Below are positions 1 to 8,597 of a stretch of 64,000 bases of DNA, piece after piece. Below the pieces are notes generated by a model. The model was not told the origin of the DNA. It saw only the letters and a list, made by a program, of their open reading frames with translations, and ran no database searches. A program made the translations under genes and the position numbers. The DNA comes from Candidatus Pacearchaeota archaeon (GTDB lineage: Archaea > Nanobdellota > Nanobdellia > Pacearchaeales > GW2011-AR1): the NCBI GenBank assembly GCA_018303845.1, contig JAGVXH010000004.1:69165-133164 (forward strand), read 5' to 3'. Numbering within the stretch: position 1 is the first letter of the stretch; each line of letters starts with the position of its first letter.

Positions 1-1161
1 TTAGATTTAATTATTTCAGAAATAGTTCATAACAATTTAACCGAGGCAGAAATAGCATTCTTCACAGCGGCAGAAAAAATAAATGGCATGAATTTTGAAG
101 AAACAATTTCTCTCACAAAAGCAATGATAAAAACTGGTGCGAGATTAAAATTCAAGGGAAAATATGTGGCGGATAAACATTGCATCGGAGGAATCGCAGG
201 GAACAGAACAACTCCAATCACAGTTGCGATATGTGCATCCGTGGGATTAATTCTTCCAAAAACTTCTTCTCGAGCAATAACCTCAGCATCAGGAACAGCC
301 GATGTAATCGAGACAATTTCAGAAGTAGAGTTACCTCTAAAAAAAATAATACAAGTTGTCAATAAAACAGGAGCCTGTCTTGCATGGGGAGGCTCTCTTG
401 GACTAGCACCTTCCGACGACAAGATTATACAAGTAGAAAGATTGCTTAACCTTGACATAGAGCCACAACTTCTAGCTTCAGTTATGGCAAAAAAAATTTC
501 CGCCGGGGCAAAGCACATATTAATTGACATCCCATTTGGTCGTGGGGCAAAAGTAAGAGATTTGGAAAAAGCAAAAAGTTTAGGAAGGAAATTTTTACGC
601 ATAGCAAAACGTTTCGACCTCAAAATGAAAGTAACTTACACTGACGGAACTCAGCCAGTTGGAAACGGGTTCGGACCAGTCTTAGAAATGCTAGACATAA
701 TAAAAGTTTTCCAAAATGACGGACCGCAAGACTTGAGAGAAAAATCCATTTACCTCGCAACCGAACTAATAAAACTTTGTGGGATAAAGGATGCCAATAG
801 AAAAGCCTCAGAAGCTTTAGCCTCGGGAAAAGCTTATGAGAAATTCAAAGAAATAATTAACGCGCAAAATGGGAAAGACAACTTTGATGAAAAAATAAAA
901 AATTTAAAATTAGGAAAAATAGTAAGAGTAATTCCAGTAGAAAAATCAGGTCAAATAGTAAGGATAAGTAACAAGGGAATAAACTCTCTTTGCAGAATTC
1001 TTGGAACTCCAGAAACAATTTCTGCCGGAGTCTATCTTCATAAGCATCTAGAAAAAGTCAAAAAGGGAGAACCTCTCCTAACTCTTTACGCAGAATCCCA
1101 AGTAAAGATGAAAGATGCTCTAAAATTTATAAAAGAGTTCAAGCCAATTGAGATAGAATAG
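1..1161 (+). CDS. deoA: AMP phosphorylase / thymidine phosphorylase family protein, 5'-truncated by the window edge
   Basis: Frame 1 is open from nt 1 (LDLIISEIVHNNLTEAEIAFFTAAEKINGM...), so the gene starts upstream. Family motifs present: KHCIGGIAGNRTTP and SSRAITSASGTADVIE, plus a C-terminal PYNP-type domain. Confidence 0.8.
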   Translation, partial: LDLIISEIVHNNLTEAEIAFFTAAEKINGMNFEETISLTKAMIKTGARLKFKGKYVADKHCIGGIAGNRTTPITVAICASVGLILPKTSSRAITSASGTADVIETISEVELPLKKIIQVVNKTGACLAWGGSLGLAPSDDKIIQVERLLNLDIEPQLLASVMAKKISAGAKHILIDIPFGRGAKVRDLEKAKSLGRKFLRIAKRFDLKMKVTYTDGTQPVGNGFGPVLEMLDIIKVFQNDGPQDLREKSIYLATELIKLCGIKDANRKASEALASGKAYEKFKEIINAQNGKDNFDEKIKNLKLGKIVRVIPVEKSGQIVRISNKGINSLCRILGTPETISAGVYLHKHLEKVKKGEPLLTLYAESQVKMKDALKFIKEFKPIEIE

Positions 1162-1954
1162 TTTTTCTAACAACTTCTGTATCTTGAGGCCCAGTAACGC
1201 CCATCCATTTATCGGGAGTAGAACAAAGTTTAACCTTTACTAATCCCCCTTTAATTAACTTAGACAATTCCGTAGAAAGCAAGCATTCACTTTTGCTGTT
1301 CTCCTTATTTTTTTTAAACAATTCAAGTTCCGAGTCCAGCATATCAAGAACATCGGGAGAAAACCCAAACAAATTAACATTGCATAATTCCTCGCCATTC
1401 AAATTTTTCTGAGTAAGATTATCCTTCGTTATCCCAAATACCTCATCTAGCCCACTAACATTTCCACTTTCATCAATTTCAAAAATACCACGATTTACAG
1501 AACAATTATCAGAAAGCATGTCCTTAAGCTTAAACCCGACAGTCGCGCTTATTTCGTTTCTCTTAAGGGCATCAAAGACAACTTTGAAACTGGTCTCACC
1601 ATAAATATCGTCTCCATTACAGACAACAAAAGGACAATCAATAAAATCTCTGGCACAACACAAAGCGTCCACCGTTCCCCACGGATTATTTCTCGTCCGA
1701 TGATCAAATTCTTGCCTAGCATAAAACACAGGAACCCCATTATATTCCCTACCAAACATTTCCAAAAACCCAGTCTCAGTTTTCTCTCCAACAACAAAAA
1801 TTATTTTACTAAAATCATTTTTAAGAGCCTGTCTCAAAGAATATTCAATCAAAGTCTCATCTTCAGGACCAACCCTCGCGAACTGTTTAACCTTTCCACC
1901 AAATCGACTAGACATCCCAGCAACAAGATAGACAAGAGCAACATTCTTTCCCAT
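1139..1954 (-). CDS. Sugar-phosphate nucleotidyltransferase (NTP_transferase fold)
   Basis: N-terminal LVAGMSSRFGG glycine-rich loop and a later NGDD motif. The ATG at 1954 is preferred over the TTG at 1963. Confidence 0.6.
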   Translation of the reverse strand: MGKNVALVYLVAGMSSRFGGKVKQFARVGPEDETLIEYSLRQALKNDFSKIIFVVGEKTETGFLEMFGREYNGVPVFYARQEFDHRTRNNPWGTVDALCCARDFIDCPFVVCNGDDIYGETSFKVVFDALKRNEISATVGFKLKDMLSDNCSVNRGIFEIDESGNVSGLDEVFGITKDNLTQKNLNGEELCNVNLFGFSPDVLDMLDSELELFKKNKENSKSECLLSTELSKLIKGGLVKVKLCSTPDKWMGVTGPQDTEVVRKTILSQLA

Positions 1955-1955
1955 C

Positions 1956-2549
1956 TTAAACAATTGTTGCCTTTAAAATCACAACATCCTCAACGGGTCG
2001 GTCGCCAGATCTAGTAGCGACACCAGCAATTTCGTCAACAACTTCCATCCCTTCCACAACCTCACCAAAGACAGGATGCTTGCTACTCAAAGGCTCTTTA
2101 TCATAATCCAAAAAAGAGTTGTCAACCAAGTTAATAAAAAATTGACTCGAACCAGTATTCGGTCCAGCATTAGCCATAGCAATTGTGCCCCGAACATTCG
2201 AATGCCCCGGAACAAACTCGTCCTTTATCTTAGGAATTTTCGGGTCGCCAAATCCAGTACCAGTCGGGTCGCCTCCCTGAATCATAAAATCCTCAATCAC
2301 CCTATGAAAAATAACACCGTCATAAGTTCCAGCTTCGACCAACTTCTTAAAATTCCCAGCAGTCACAGGCATGTCATCGTACAACTTTATTACGATATCC
2401 CCATGATTTGTTTCTAATTTCACTTTAGTTACCATATTAGCTTCCACATTGTCAAACATTTTAATAACAAACAACGTAAACAAAATAACCAATGCCACAC
2501 TTAAAAAGATTGCGACAGCCTTGTTTTTTAGCAACTTTTTAACACCCAT
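1956..2549 (-). CDS. Cyclophilin-type peptidyl-prolyl cis-trans isomerase with N-terminal membrane anchor
   Basis: FHRVIEDFMIQGGDPTGTG and GTIAMANAGPNTGSSQFFI motifs, with a hydrophobic N-terminus. ATG at 2549. Confidence 0.85.
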   Translation of the reverse strand: MGVKKLLKNKAVAIFLSVALVILFTLFVIKMFDNVEANMVTKVKLETNHGDIVIKLYDDMPVTAGNFKKLVEAGTYDGVIFHRVIEDFMIQGGDPTGTGFGDPKIPKIKDEFVPGHSNVRGTIAMANAGPNTGSSQFFINLVDNSFLDYDKEPLSSKHPVFGEVVEGMEVVDEIAGVATRSGDRPVEDVVILKATIV

Positions 2550-2602
2550 AAAGCAACCAGAACCAAACAAATTTAAAAACCTTCCCCCCACTTTAAACGT
2601 AA

Positions 2603-2683
2603 GCCTCTATCGCGTAATGGTATCGCACTGGTCTTGAACACCAGACCCCTCGGGGTATCCAGGTCCGATTCCTGGTGGAGGCG
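2603..2683 (+). tRNA. tRNA-Ser (anticodon TGA), class II, no encoded CCA
   Basis: Hand-folded. Acceptor GCCTCTA/TGGAGGC; D arm GCG-TAATGGTAT-CGC; anticodon arm CTGGT-CTTGAAC-ACCAG; 14-nt variable arm ACCCCTCGGGGTAT; T arm CCAGG-TCCGATT-CCTGG; discriminator G. The T-loop is slightly atypical (TCC rather than TTC). Confidence 0.7.
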
Positions 2684-2799
2684 TAGCCTAAATTAGGAAG
2701 AGGACCCTTGGGTTTAAAGAAAATCTCTAGATTTTCTTTAGGAACCTTCGGTTCCGTGTCCGAGCTTCTTTGAAGCGAAGGCGATTCCTGGTGGAGGCG
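2684..2799 (+). pseudogene. Degenerate tRNA-Ser(TGA)-derived copy with a three-hairpin insert (2716-2781) and an exact copy of the tRNA 3' end (2782-2799)
   Basis: GCCTAAA resembles the acceptor and ACCCTTGGGT the variable arm. The insert follows, then CGATT-CCTGG-TGGAGGC-G, identical to 2666-2683. The D and anticodon arms are missing. Confidence 0.45.
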
Positions 2800-2815
2800 T
2801 CCTAGTTTAGGAAAA

Positions 2816-2896
2816 GCCCATATCGCGTAATGGTATCGCAGTGGTCTCGAACACCACGCCCTCCGGGGCATCCCCGTTCGATTCGGGGTATGGGCG
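2816..2896 (+). tRNA. tRNA-Ser (anticodon CGA), class II, no encoded CCA
   Basis: Hand-folded. Acceptor GCCCATA/TATGGGC; D arm GCG-TAATGGTAT-CGC; anticodon arm GTGGT-CTCGAAC-ACCAC; variable arm GCCCTCCGGGGCAT; T arm CCCCG-TTCGATT-CGGGG; discriminator G. Confidence 0.8.
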
Positions 2897-2899
2897 TAA

Positions 2900-3111
2900 C
2901 TCATAAAGGCGTAATCGCGGTATCGCCGAGCTAAACGCTTTGAAGAAAAATAAATATAACTAAATTTTTCTGAAATGCATTTTGCGAGTAGGTCTCGAAC
3001 ACCACGCCCTCCGGGACATCCCCGTTTGGAAAAAATCTTTAGATTTTTTCCAGGAAGCTCTGCTTCCGTGTCCGAGTGTCTTTGACACGAAGGCGATTCG
3101 GGGTATGGGCG
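2900..3111 (+). pseudogene. tRNA-Ser(CGA) paralogue interrupted by two insertions (about 2930-2985 and 3028-3093); either a multi-intron tRNA or a pseudo-tRNA
   Basis: It is colinear with 2816-2896. CTCATA-AA-GGCGTAATCGCGGTATCGCC resembles the acceptor and D arm. TAGGT-CTCGAAC-ACCAC is the anticodon arm with 2 basal mismatches. The variable arm and CCCCG-TT follow, then a 66-nt insert, then CGATT-CGGGG-TATGGGC-G. Confidence 0.45.
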
Positions 3112-3130
3112 TAAATAGAAAGAGGATAAC

Positions 3131-3673
3131 TTATTTTTTCTTTTCAAATCTACCTAAAATATAGACACCGAACTTTGAAAGTATATTTACTAAAGAAATC
3201 ATAAAGTATGCAAAGAAAAAAAGTATTAAAGATTTACCCAAGAACACCTCTCTATCAAATACTATTATTTTATATAAATAGGACGGGAGAAATATTATTA
3301 ATACTATCAAAAAAATTCCAAAAATTATAGTAGTTAAGATATTATAGGATAAATTTTTCCTTAATTTCTCCATATATAGTTCAATTATTTTTTCAGAATT
3401 TTCTAGGCTAGCAAATTCTTTTTTTGAATATTTTTTTGTATTTGTTAATAAAATTAATACATTTATTAAAAATCCTACGATGATAGAGAAAAAGGCTATA
3501 GATGAGGTAATTATTTGATTAAATACAGTATCATTCAATGTCACAACAAGTACCATTGAGAGGAGAATGGGAATTATCAGAAAATTAAGAATAAAAATAG
3601 ATATTTTATAGTCATCTAACATTGTTTTATAATTTTCCCTTAGATAAATAAATATATTTAATGGTTCAAACAT
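3131..3673 (-). CDS. Multi-pass membrane protein (about 4-5 TM), function unknown, in an A+T-rich island
   Basis: Hydrophobic segments: IFILNFLIIPILLSMVLVV, SSIAFFSIIVGFLINVLILL, IIFGIFLIVLIIFL and LILFFFAYFMISLVNIL. The start overlaps the upstream gene stop by 8 nt. Confidence 0.5.
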   Translation of the reverse strand: MFEPLNIFIYLRENYKTMLDDYKISIFILNFLIIPILLSMVLVVTLNDTVFNQIITSSIAFFSIIVGFLINVLILLTNTKKYSKKEFASLENSEKIIELYMEKLRKNLSYNILTTIIFGIFLIVLIIFLPSYLYKIIVFDREVFLGKSLILFFFAYFMISLVNILSKFGVYILGRFEKKK

Positions 3674-4577
3674 TTTCTGCGACCTCTTTTAAAAATCCAA
3701 TTGCTTTATTATAAAATATATCTAATTTAGGAAAATCTCCTTCAAATTCTATTTCTTCTCCCTCGCTAAAACATATGCCTTGATCTACAATAAGAACTCT
3801 GGACGAACCATCTTTAAGTTCAACTTCCAATCTTAAAGTCTTGTATGTTTCTCCATCAATTTCTAAATATTTTTTACAATCATTATTTACGAGACCGCTC
3901 TTTATACTTTTAATAAATTCAGAAATAGGAGTTTTTGAGTTTCTTATGGTTATTATTTTTTCTTCTATCAATGTACCAACTTCGTATTTTCCCAAAGCTT
4001 TCAAAAGCCCTCTTTCTGAGTCTCTAGGAATTCTGTTTCTGATATATCGTATTTTATTTATTTTAAAGACTTTTGAAAGATCGTGTGATGTGATCGGATT
4101 AACATATAACTCTATTCCCCCTGAGTTTATCCCTTTATCCCTTAAGAATTCTCTCAATTGATCCTTGAGCATAGTTTTTATTCCTCTTCTCTTAAATTGA
4201 TTTATACAAATTATTGCGTAGTCCCCAATAATTTTCATCATATAATAATAAGGTATCTCTTCAGTTTCAATAGTGGTTTTTTCCTTTGTAATTTGAGTAG
4301 TTTTTATATTTTTTATTTTAGAGTTATACCCAAAATCGCCGTATCCTATACTGCCATAATAAACATCATCATCTTTATTATGCAAAAATTCTTTACACCC
4401 CATATATGTGCTATCGGCGTTGTTCACATAATTTCTATTCGCAGAAAGAAAATCTGAAAATAATCCAGGAAAATTAAGTCCAGTTAATAAATTTATAAAA
4501 ACATGCGGCTGGCCCTTTTTCCTAAACCTCATATCTCTAATCTTCAGCTTATATGGAACAAGCTTTATTACTACCAT
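3666..4577 (-). CDS. Hypothetical soluble 303-aa protein, in an A+T-rich island
   Basis: Long ORF with an ATG start, co-directional with and overlapping the membrane-protein gene. I recognise no family. Confidence 0.5.
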   Translation of the reverse strand: MVVIKLVPYKLKIRDMRFRKKGQPHVFINLLTGLNFPGLFSDFLSANRNYVNNADSTYMGCKEFLHNKDDDVYYGSIGYGDFGYNSKIKNIKTTQITKEKTTIETEEIPYYYMMKIIGDYAIICINQFKRRGIKTMLKDQLREFLRDKGINSGGIELYVNPITSHDLSKVFKINKIRYIRNRIPRDSERGLLKALGKYEVGTLIEEKIITIRNSKTPISEFIKSIKSGLVNNDCKKYLEIDGETYKTLRLEVELKDGSSRVLIVDQGICFSEGEEIEFEGDFPKLDIFYNKAIGFLKEVAENV

Positions 4578-4756
4578 AACATTGTAGGATTCTGGTCTTT
4601 TTAATTATTAGTATATTCAGTTATTGTTAATATAAAATCCAAAAACTTCCCACTAACCCGACCTCACCATTCCAGACATTTTCAACCGAAGAACGCAACC
4701 GCTAAAACGGCCTCATCCTTCGTCAAAAACAGCGTAGCCAACTAGACCTCATCGTT

Positions 4757-4791
4757 CTAATGGCTAATAGCTAAAAGCTAACAGCTAGATT
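4757..4791 (-). repeat. Period-7 CTA/TAG ladder (5 units: ctaatgg ctaatag ctaaaag ctaacag ctagatt) abutting the P1 stop codon
   Basis: CTA occurs at 4757, 4764, 4771, 4778 and 4785, which reads as TAG on the gene strand in rotating frames. Confidence 0.7.
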
Positions 4792-5071
4792 ATCCGAACA
4801 ATGAAGCCAAACCTGCAGCTGCATCAGCCTTTGGTTCTTCCTTCTTCTTCTTCTCTTCTACTACAGGGGCAGCAGCAACAGCGGGAGCCGCCATTACAGA
4901 CGCATTCGCCAACTTACTAGCGATATCAACACCACTTAAACTAGCTACCATTACCTTAACTTTCGCCTCGTCAACCGAAGCACCAGTCGCGGAAATAACA
5001 GCCTTTAAGTTAGCTTCGTTGATGTCCTTGCCAACCTTGTGCAACAAAAGAGCCGCATATGTGTATTCCAT
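4790..5071 (-). CDS. rpl12: Ribosomal stalk protein P1 (aL12)
   Basis: [26 protein letters not shown]..., an Ala/Lys/Glu hinge, and the C-terminal [10 protein letters not shown] tail. ATG at 5071. Confidence 0.9.
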   Translation of the reverse strand: MEYTYAALLLHKVGKDINEANLKAVISATGASVDEAKVKVMVASLSGVDIASKLANASVMAAPAVAAAPVVEEKKKKEEPKADAAAGLASLFG

Positions 5072-5125
5072 TTTATTCCTTCTCCTCCGAAGATTTAACT
5101 CCGTAAGCATTACCTAAAGTTTTCA

Positions 5126-6004
5126 TTATCCAAACAAACTAGCAAGACCTGCAGCAGCGTCTACTTGTTTCTCCACTTTAGTTTCTTTAACTTCAACTTT
5201 TTCCACAGCCGCAACAGCCACAGGCTCAGGCTCTCCACTTATAATTCGACTAACAACACCCTCATGAGAAACAGCCTTAGCCAAAACCATATCAAGTGTA
5301 TTAGAATTCACAATCCCTAAATCAACAGCAAAAGCAAACGCCCTTCCATAATCATGTTCCAAGCCAGCAATCATTCCAACCTTGTCAATCTTAATATTAG
5401 CATAAACTTGTTTAGCATTTTTATCATAAGCAGCAACAGGGTCAATCCCAATTTCAAAAGGAACAATTCCAAGCTTAGCCATAATTGAAGCAATAGCCGC
5501 TGTAATCTCTTTACCTTCCTTTAAAATAACTTTATCCTTCAAAATAGAAATCTTTCCCTTATCAACTTTAGGCGCCAAGCCAACAGCACTCAAAGCAGAA
5601 ATATCTGGACCAGGAATCAAATCAGTAGGACCAGCCTTGACCTCAATGTCAAACGGAGCAATCTGTCCAGCCTTGGCTTTAGAAGGACTCTTATAGTCAG
5701 CCAAAAGCCCAGCAATAATAAAAGCGTCTTCCTCGCTAAATAGCATAGCAGTCGAATCACTAACATGCGGAACCAAATCATGAACTTCTTTCACATCACA
5801 ATGATCCAAAGCAAAATTAACCAAACTCTTCTTCACAACTTGAATCTTAGCCTTCCCCCGAAGTTTCTTCTTAATCTCTTGAAATTGCGCCGAAGGCAAA
5901 TTCTTAACAGAAATAACCATAACAGTCTTACTTCCCAAAAGACTAGCAAGCTCCTTAACTTTCGCCTTCTTTACATCACTAACATGCACCGTAGTATCAT
6001 TCAT
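5126..6004 (-). CDS. rplP0: Ribosomal protein uL10 (P0)
   Basis: Conserved position between uL1 and P1, and the same C-terminal [10 protein letters not shown] stalk tail. The ATG at 6004 lies one nt after the uL1 stop. Confidence 0.9.
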   Translation of the reverse strand: MNDTTVHVSDVKKAKVKELASLLGSKTVMVISVKNLPSAQFQEIKKKLRGKAKIQVVKKSLVNFALDHCDVKEVHDLVPHVSDSTAMLFSEEDAFIIAGLLADYKSPSKAKAGQIAPFDIEVKAGPTDLIPGPDISALSAVGLAPKVDKGKISILKDKVILKEGKEITAAIASIMAKLGIVPFEIGIDPVAAYDKNAKQVYANIKIDKVGMIAGLEHDYGRAFAFAVDLGIVNSNTLDMVLAKAVSHEGVVSRIISGEPEPVAVAAVEKVEVKETKVEKQVDAAAGLASLFG

Positions 6005-6005
6005 T

Positions 6006-6629
6006 TTACTTCCTCTCTTGAACAACGACAGGCTTAGTCATCGTAAATTTAATCAAAACGTCCTTAATATTATCTCGACCCTTAGGCAACTTCTTCTCAA
6101 GCTCAAGCATAGCAGCATCAATATTTGCAACCAAATCCGCGTCACTCATACTCTCCTTCCCAACACAAACCTTAATTGACATCTCCTTGTTCTTAACCCT
6201 AACAGAATTATCCATTTTCTTAATCATAACTTTAACCATATCATCATCTTCCTTTGGAACAATTCCAGCCAAAGGCGAAGGCATCTTGTTCATCGGACCA
6301 AAAACTCGACCAAACTTCGTAGCAACTTTACCCATCATCGGAGCAACAGCCAAAAACGCATCGTATTCTCTAGCTAACTTTTTAATATCCTTCAAATCCT
6401 TATACTTAACAAAATCTTCTTCAGTAATCGTATCAATAACCTTACTTCTTCTAGTAAAAAAAGCAGCCAATTTTTTCTTCCCCCCATGTGGAACAAAAAT
6501 AAAAGTATTCAACGCCTCTCGACGAACATCAAAATTCTTCAAATTCATAATCAAGTCTACCGACTGATCAAACTTTCTCTTCTTCTCCTTTCGAAGTTCC
6601 GCTATTGCCTTTATTGTTTCCATGCACAT
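6006..6629 (-). CDS. rpl1: Ribosomal protein uL1
   Basis: KFDQSVDLIMNLKNFD... is typical of uL1, and the gene sits in a uL1-uL10-P1 operon. An alternative ATG is at 6623. Confidence 0.9.
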   Translation of the reverse strand: MCMETIKAIAELRKEKKRKFDQSVDLIMNLKNFDVRREALNTFIFVPHGGKKKLAAFFTRRSKVIDTITEEDFVKYKDLKDIKKLAREYDAFLAVAPMMGKVATKFGRVFGPMNKMPSPLAGIVPKEDDDMVKVMIKKMDNSVRVKNKEMSIKVCVGKESMSDADLVANIDAAMLELEKKLPKGRDNIKDVLIKFTMTKPVVVQERK

Positions 6630-6771
6630 TAAACCGTTAGAATTTTTGAGTCGAGCAAGCTCTTCTACTAACAGTAGTATTAACCTAGCGAAATTTCACT
6701 TTATAAAACTTGCCATACCAAATAAAATTAATCACACAAATCCTTAAATAAGAAAATTAATCTATCTCAAT

Positions 6772-7125
6772 ATGGAACTAGTAGCACTACTCTCAACCGG
6801 CAAAGGAACATGGGGCCAAGTCTCAGGACTAATCCAAAAAGGCGAATGGGAAAAAGTAATAGTAGTTGGTCCACCCTTCGCAAAAGAATTCACAGTTAGC
6901 GGCGAACCTTTCGACTTCATAGAATTCGACCCAAACAAAAACCTAGCCCAACTACAAAAAGAATTCTTAAGCAAACTAAAAGGAAAGTTCCAAGGATTAG
7001 AAGTCGCGCTATCAATCGCATCTGGCAACGGCAAAGAACATATGGCACTACAATCAGCTTTACTAAATTTACCAGTCGGAGTCCGATTTACTGCCCTAAC
7101 TAAGGACGGCATAATAATGCTATAA
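6772..7125 (+). CDS. Hypothetical small protein (117 aa)
   Basis: ORF with an ATG start and a TATA-like box upstream. The LSTGKGTWG N-terminus suggests a small Rossmann-like fold; I recognise no family. Confidence 0.45.
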   Translation: MELVALLSTGKGTWGQVSGLIQKGEWEKVIVVGPPFAKEFTVSGEPFDFIEFDPNKNLAQLQKEFLSKLKGKFQGLEVALSIASGNGKEHMALQSALLNLPVGVRFTALTKDGIIML

Positions 7126-7126
7126 A

Positions 7127-7447
7127 ATGAGAGAGAGATATTTTATAATTGAAAGAGAACTTCCAGAAGGTTTAAGCAAACAATATCAGATATTTTCTAC
7201 AGCAACGGCAGGAACACATACCGGAAAAACACTGGAGTTGTTGGCGGCAAAATGTGTACGTAATGGATATATTAGAAAAGAGTACAACTTAACTACATTA
7301 AGAGCTCCAAATATAGACGAAGAAGGAGTGGCGGATTCTCCCATATCCATAGACGAAATTAAAGAATTCATAAATTATTACCTATGTTTCAAAGATAATC
7401 CCGTCACTCTTAATAAATATGAAGAGAAACATTCTCTAATTGGCTAA
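7127..7447 (+). CDS. Hypothetical small protein (106 aa)
   Basis: The ORF begins 1 nt after the preceding stop, so the two are probably co-transcribed. Confidence 0.4.
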   Translation: MRERYFIIERELPEGLSKQYQIFSTATAGTHTGKTLELLAAKCVRNGYIRKEYNLTTLRAPNIDEEGVADSPISIDEIKEFINYYLCFKDNPVTLNKYEEKHSLIG

Positions 7448-7487
7448 GGAGACAAAACGCCAAAATAAAGATTTGTATAATTCGTGG

Positions 7488-7508
7488 CTAAAAGCTAATA
7501 GCTAGTGA
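7488..7508 (-). repeat. Period-7 CTA/TAG ladder (ctaaaag ctaatag ctagtga) spanning the taw1 stop codon
   Basis: CTA occurs at 7488, 7495 (the stop codon) and 7502. Confidence 0.6.
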
Positions 7509-8550
7509 TCCTCATCCCAACCCCACGCCTAACCAACGCCACAACACAACTCCTCTCGTCCTCAGCCCCCAACTCCCACTCAACCGCCAAGCCCCCATGC
7601 AAAGCATGAGCTCCACCAACGCAGTTGAGCCTTTCCAGAAGTTTTCGAGCAAACTCCAAAACTTCTCCGTGCCAAACCTGTTTATCGTAACCCATCCTCT
7701 TCCGAGCAAACCCAACAGCCTTATATCCCTTGACATGAACAAAGTCCGGCTCAGCCCGTTTAATCAAAGAAACATATTCATCCAAATTTTCTTCACTCAT
7801 ATTAGTCATTTCACAAAATTCACCATCGCTTCCCTTCTTAACAAGCGTCAACCGAATAACTCGTCGAACCTTTCCTTTAAGTTTTCTCATCACATCAAGG
7901 CTCTTCAGAAAAACATTCCAAGCTTCGACCTTCGTAGACCGATGCCACTGCGAAAACAACTTCTCATTTGGAGCATTAGTAGAAATAACAAGTTGTGTAG
8001 GTAGTCCATCTTTCTCTAGCTTCTGCAAAGCTTCAGGGTTCAAACCATTAGTAACCAAAAACGAAACGCCCCCACGTCGACGAATTTCACTAAACATCTC
8101 ACCAAGTCTAGGATAAAGAGTCGCCTCTCCACTTAAACTCATTGTAAAAAGTTTAGGAGAAATCATTTCCTCAAAATTCTTCGCATCAACTTTTTTATTC
8201 CCTTTAATCCCCATTAGCATCTCACGTCTCTTCATAATAATTCCATCTAATATCTCCGTCGGAGAATCCACAACGGGCAACTCGGTCCCAAGATTCATTT
8301 CAATTGGCCTCCAACAATGTAAACACGAATTTTCGCACCACATGACACTAGGCGTCATCTGAACACAACCAGCACTCGAAATCCCATAAAACTTTTCCTT
8401 CCAACATCCCCTGTCGCCCCGCAAAGAATTCTTCGTCCAACGACAAATCTGAACAGCGCTAGTCTCTCCAACAAGTCCATAATTCATTTTCCTAAGCGTA
8501 CTTCTAACGCTACCAAGATTACATTTCCGAGATGGGTTCTTTCTTGCCAT
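7495..8550 (-). CDS. taw1: Radical-SAM tRNA 4-demethylwyosine synthase (Taw1/TYW1)
   Basis: Cys clusters CRWTKNSLRGDRGCWKEKFYG and CENSCLHCWRP, followed by SLSGEATLYP. The ATG at 8550 lies 27 nt downstream of the TATA-like ccttataaaatt (8571-8582). Confidence 0.8.
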   Translation of the reverse strand: MARKNPSRKCNLGSVRSTLRKMNYGLVGETSAVQICRWTKNSLRGDRGCWKEKFYGISSAGCVQMTPSVMWCENSCLHCWRPIEMNLGTELPVVDSPTEILDGIIMKRREMLMGIKGNKKVDAKNFEEMISPKLFTMSLSGEATLYPRLGEMFSEIRRRGGVSFLVTNGLNPEALQKLEKDGLPTQLVISTNAPNEKLFSQWHRSTKVEAWNVFLKSLDVMRKLKGKVRRVIRLTLVKKGSDGEFCEMTNMSEENLDEYVSLIKRAEPDFVHVKGYKAVGFARKRMGYDKQVWHGEVLEFARKLLERLNCVGGAHALHGGLAVEWELGAEDERSCVVALVRRGVGMRITSY

Positions 8551-8570
8551 AAAAACAAAACCCCATCTCA

Positions 8571-8582
8571 CCTTATAAAATT
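8571..8582 (-). promoter_or_regulatory. TATA-like box for taw1
   Basis: Reads TTTTATAAGG on the gene strand, about 27 nt upstream of the ATG at 8550. Confidence 0.45.
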
Positions 8583-8597
8583 AATTAAAGAAAAATA

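Noticed and set aside
27-623. Long antisense or alternative-frame ORFs nested in confident genes (for example 27-623, 12298-12720, 14372-14776, 18618-19247, 41408-42103, 59567-60346)
   Set aside because: Each lies wholly inside a gene with strong family motifs on the other strand or frame, and has low-complexity, unrecognisable sequence. They are most likely artefacts of open frames in A/T-biased DNA.
2593-3147. A 184-aa minus-strand ORF from the track
   Set aside because: It runs antisense through two well-folding tRNA-Ser genes and their derived copies. Its 'protein' is built from tRNA sequence and shows no coding features, so I treat it as spurious.
3131-4577. Assigning the two-gene island to a named defence system (for example Kiwa-like, a membrane protein plus a ~300-aa partner)
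   Set aside because: I cannot recall diagnostic motifs that match, and the gene order is opposite to Kiwa as I remember it. Profile searches are needed before any name is used.
4586-4600. A far-end att site (aggattctggtc resembles gcgattcctggtgg of the tRNA-Ser 3' end) that would make 3112-4600 an integrated element
   Set aside because: It is only a gapped match of about 10 nt in A/T-rich DNA, and no integrase gene is present. This is too weak to call; I kept only the compositional-island observation.
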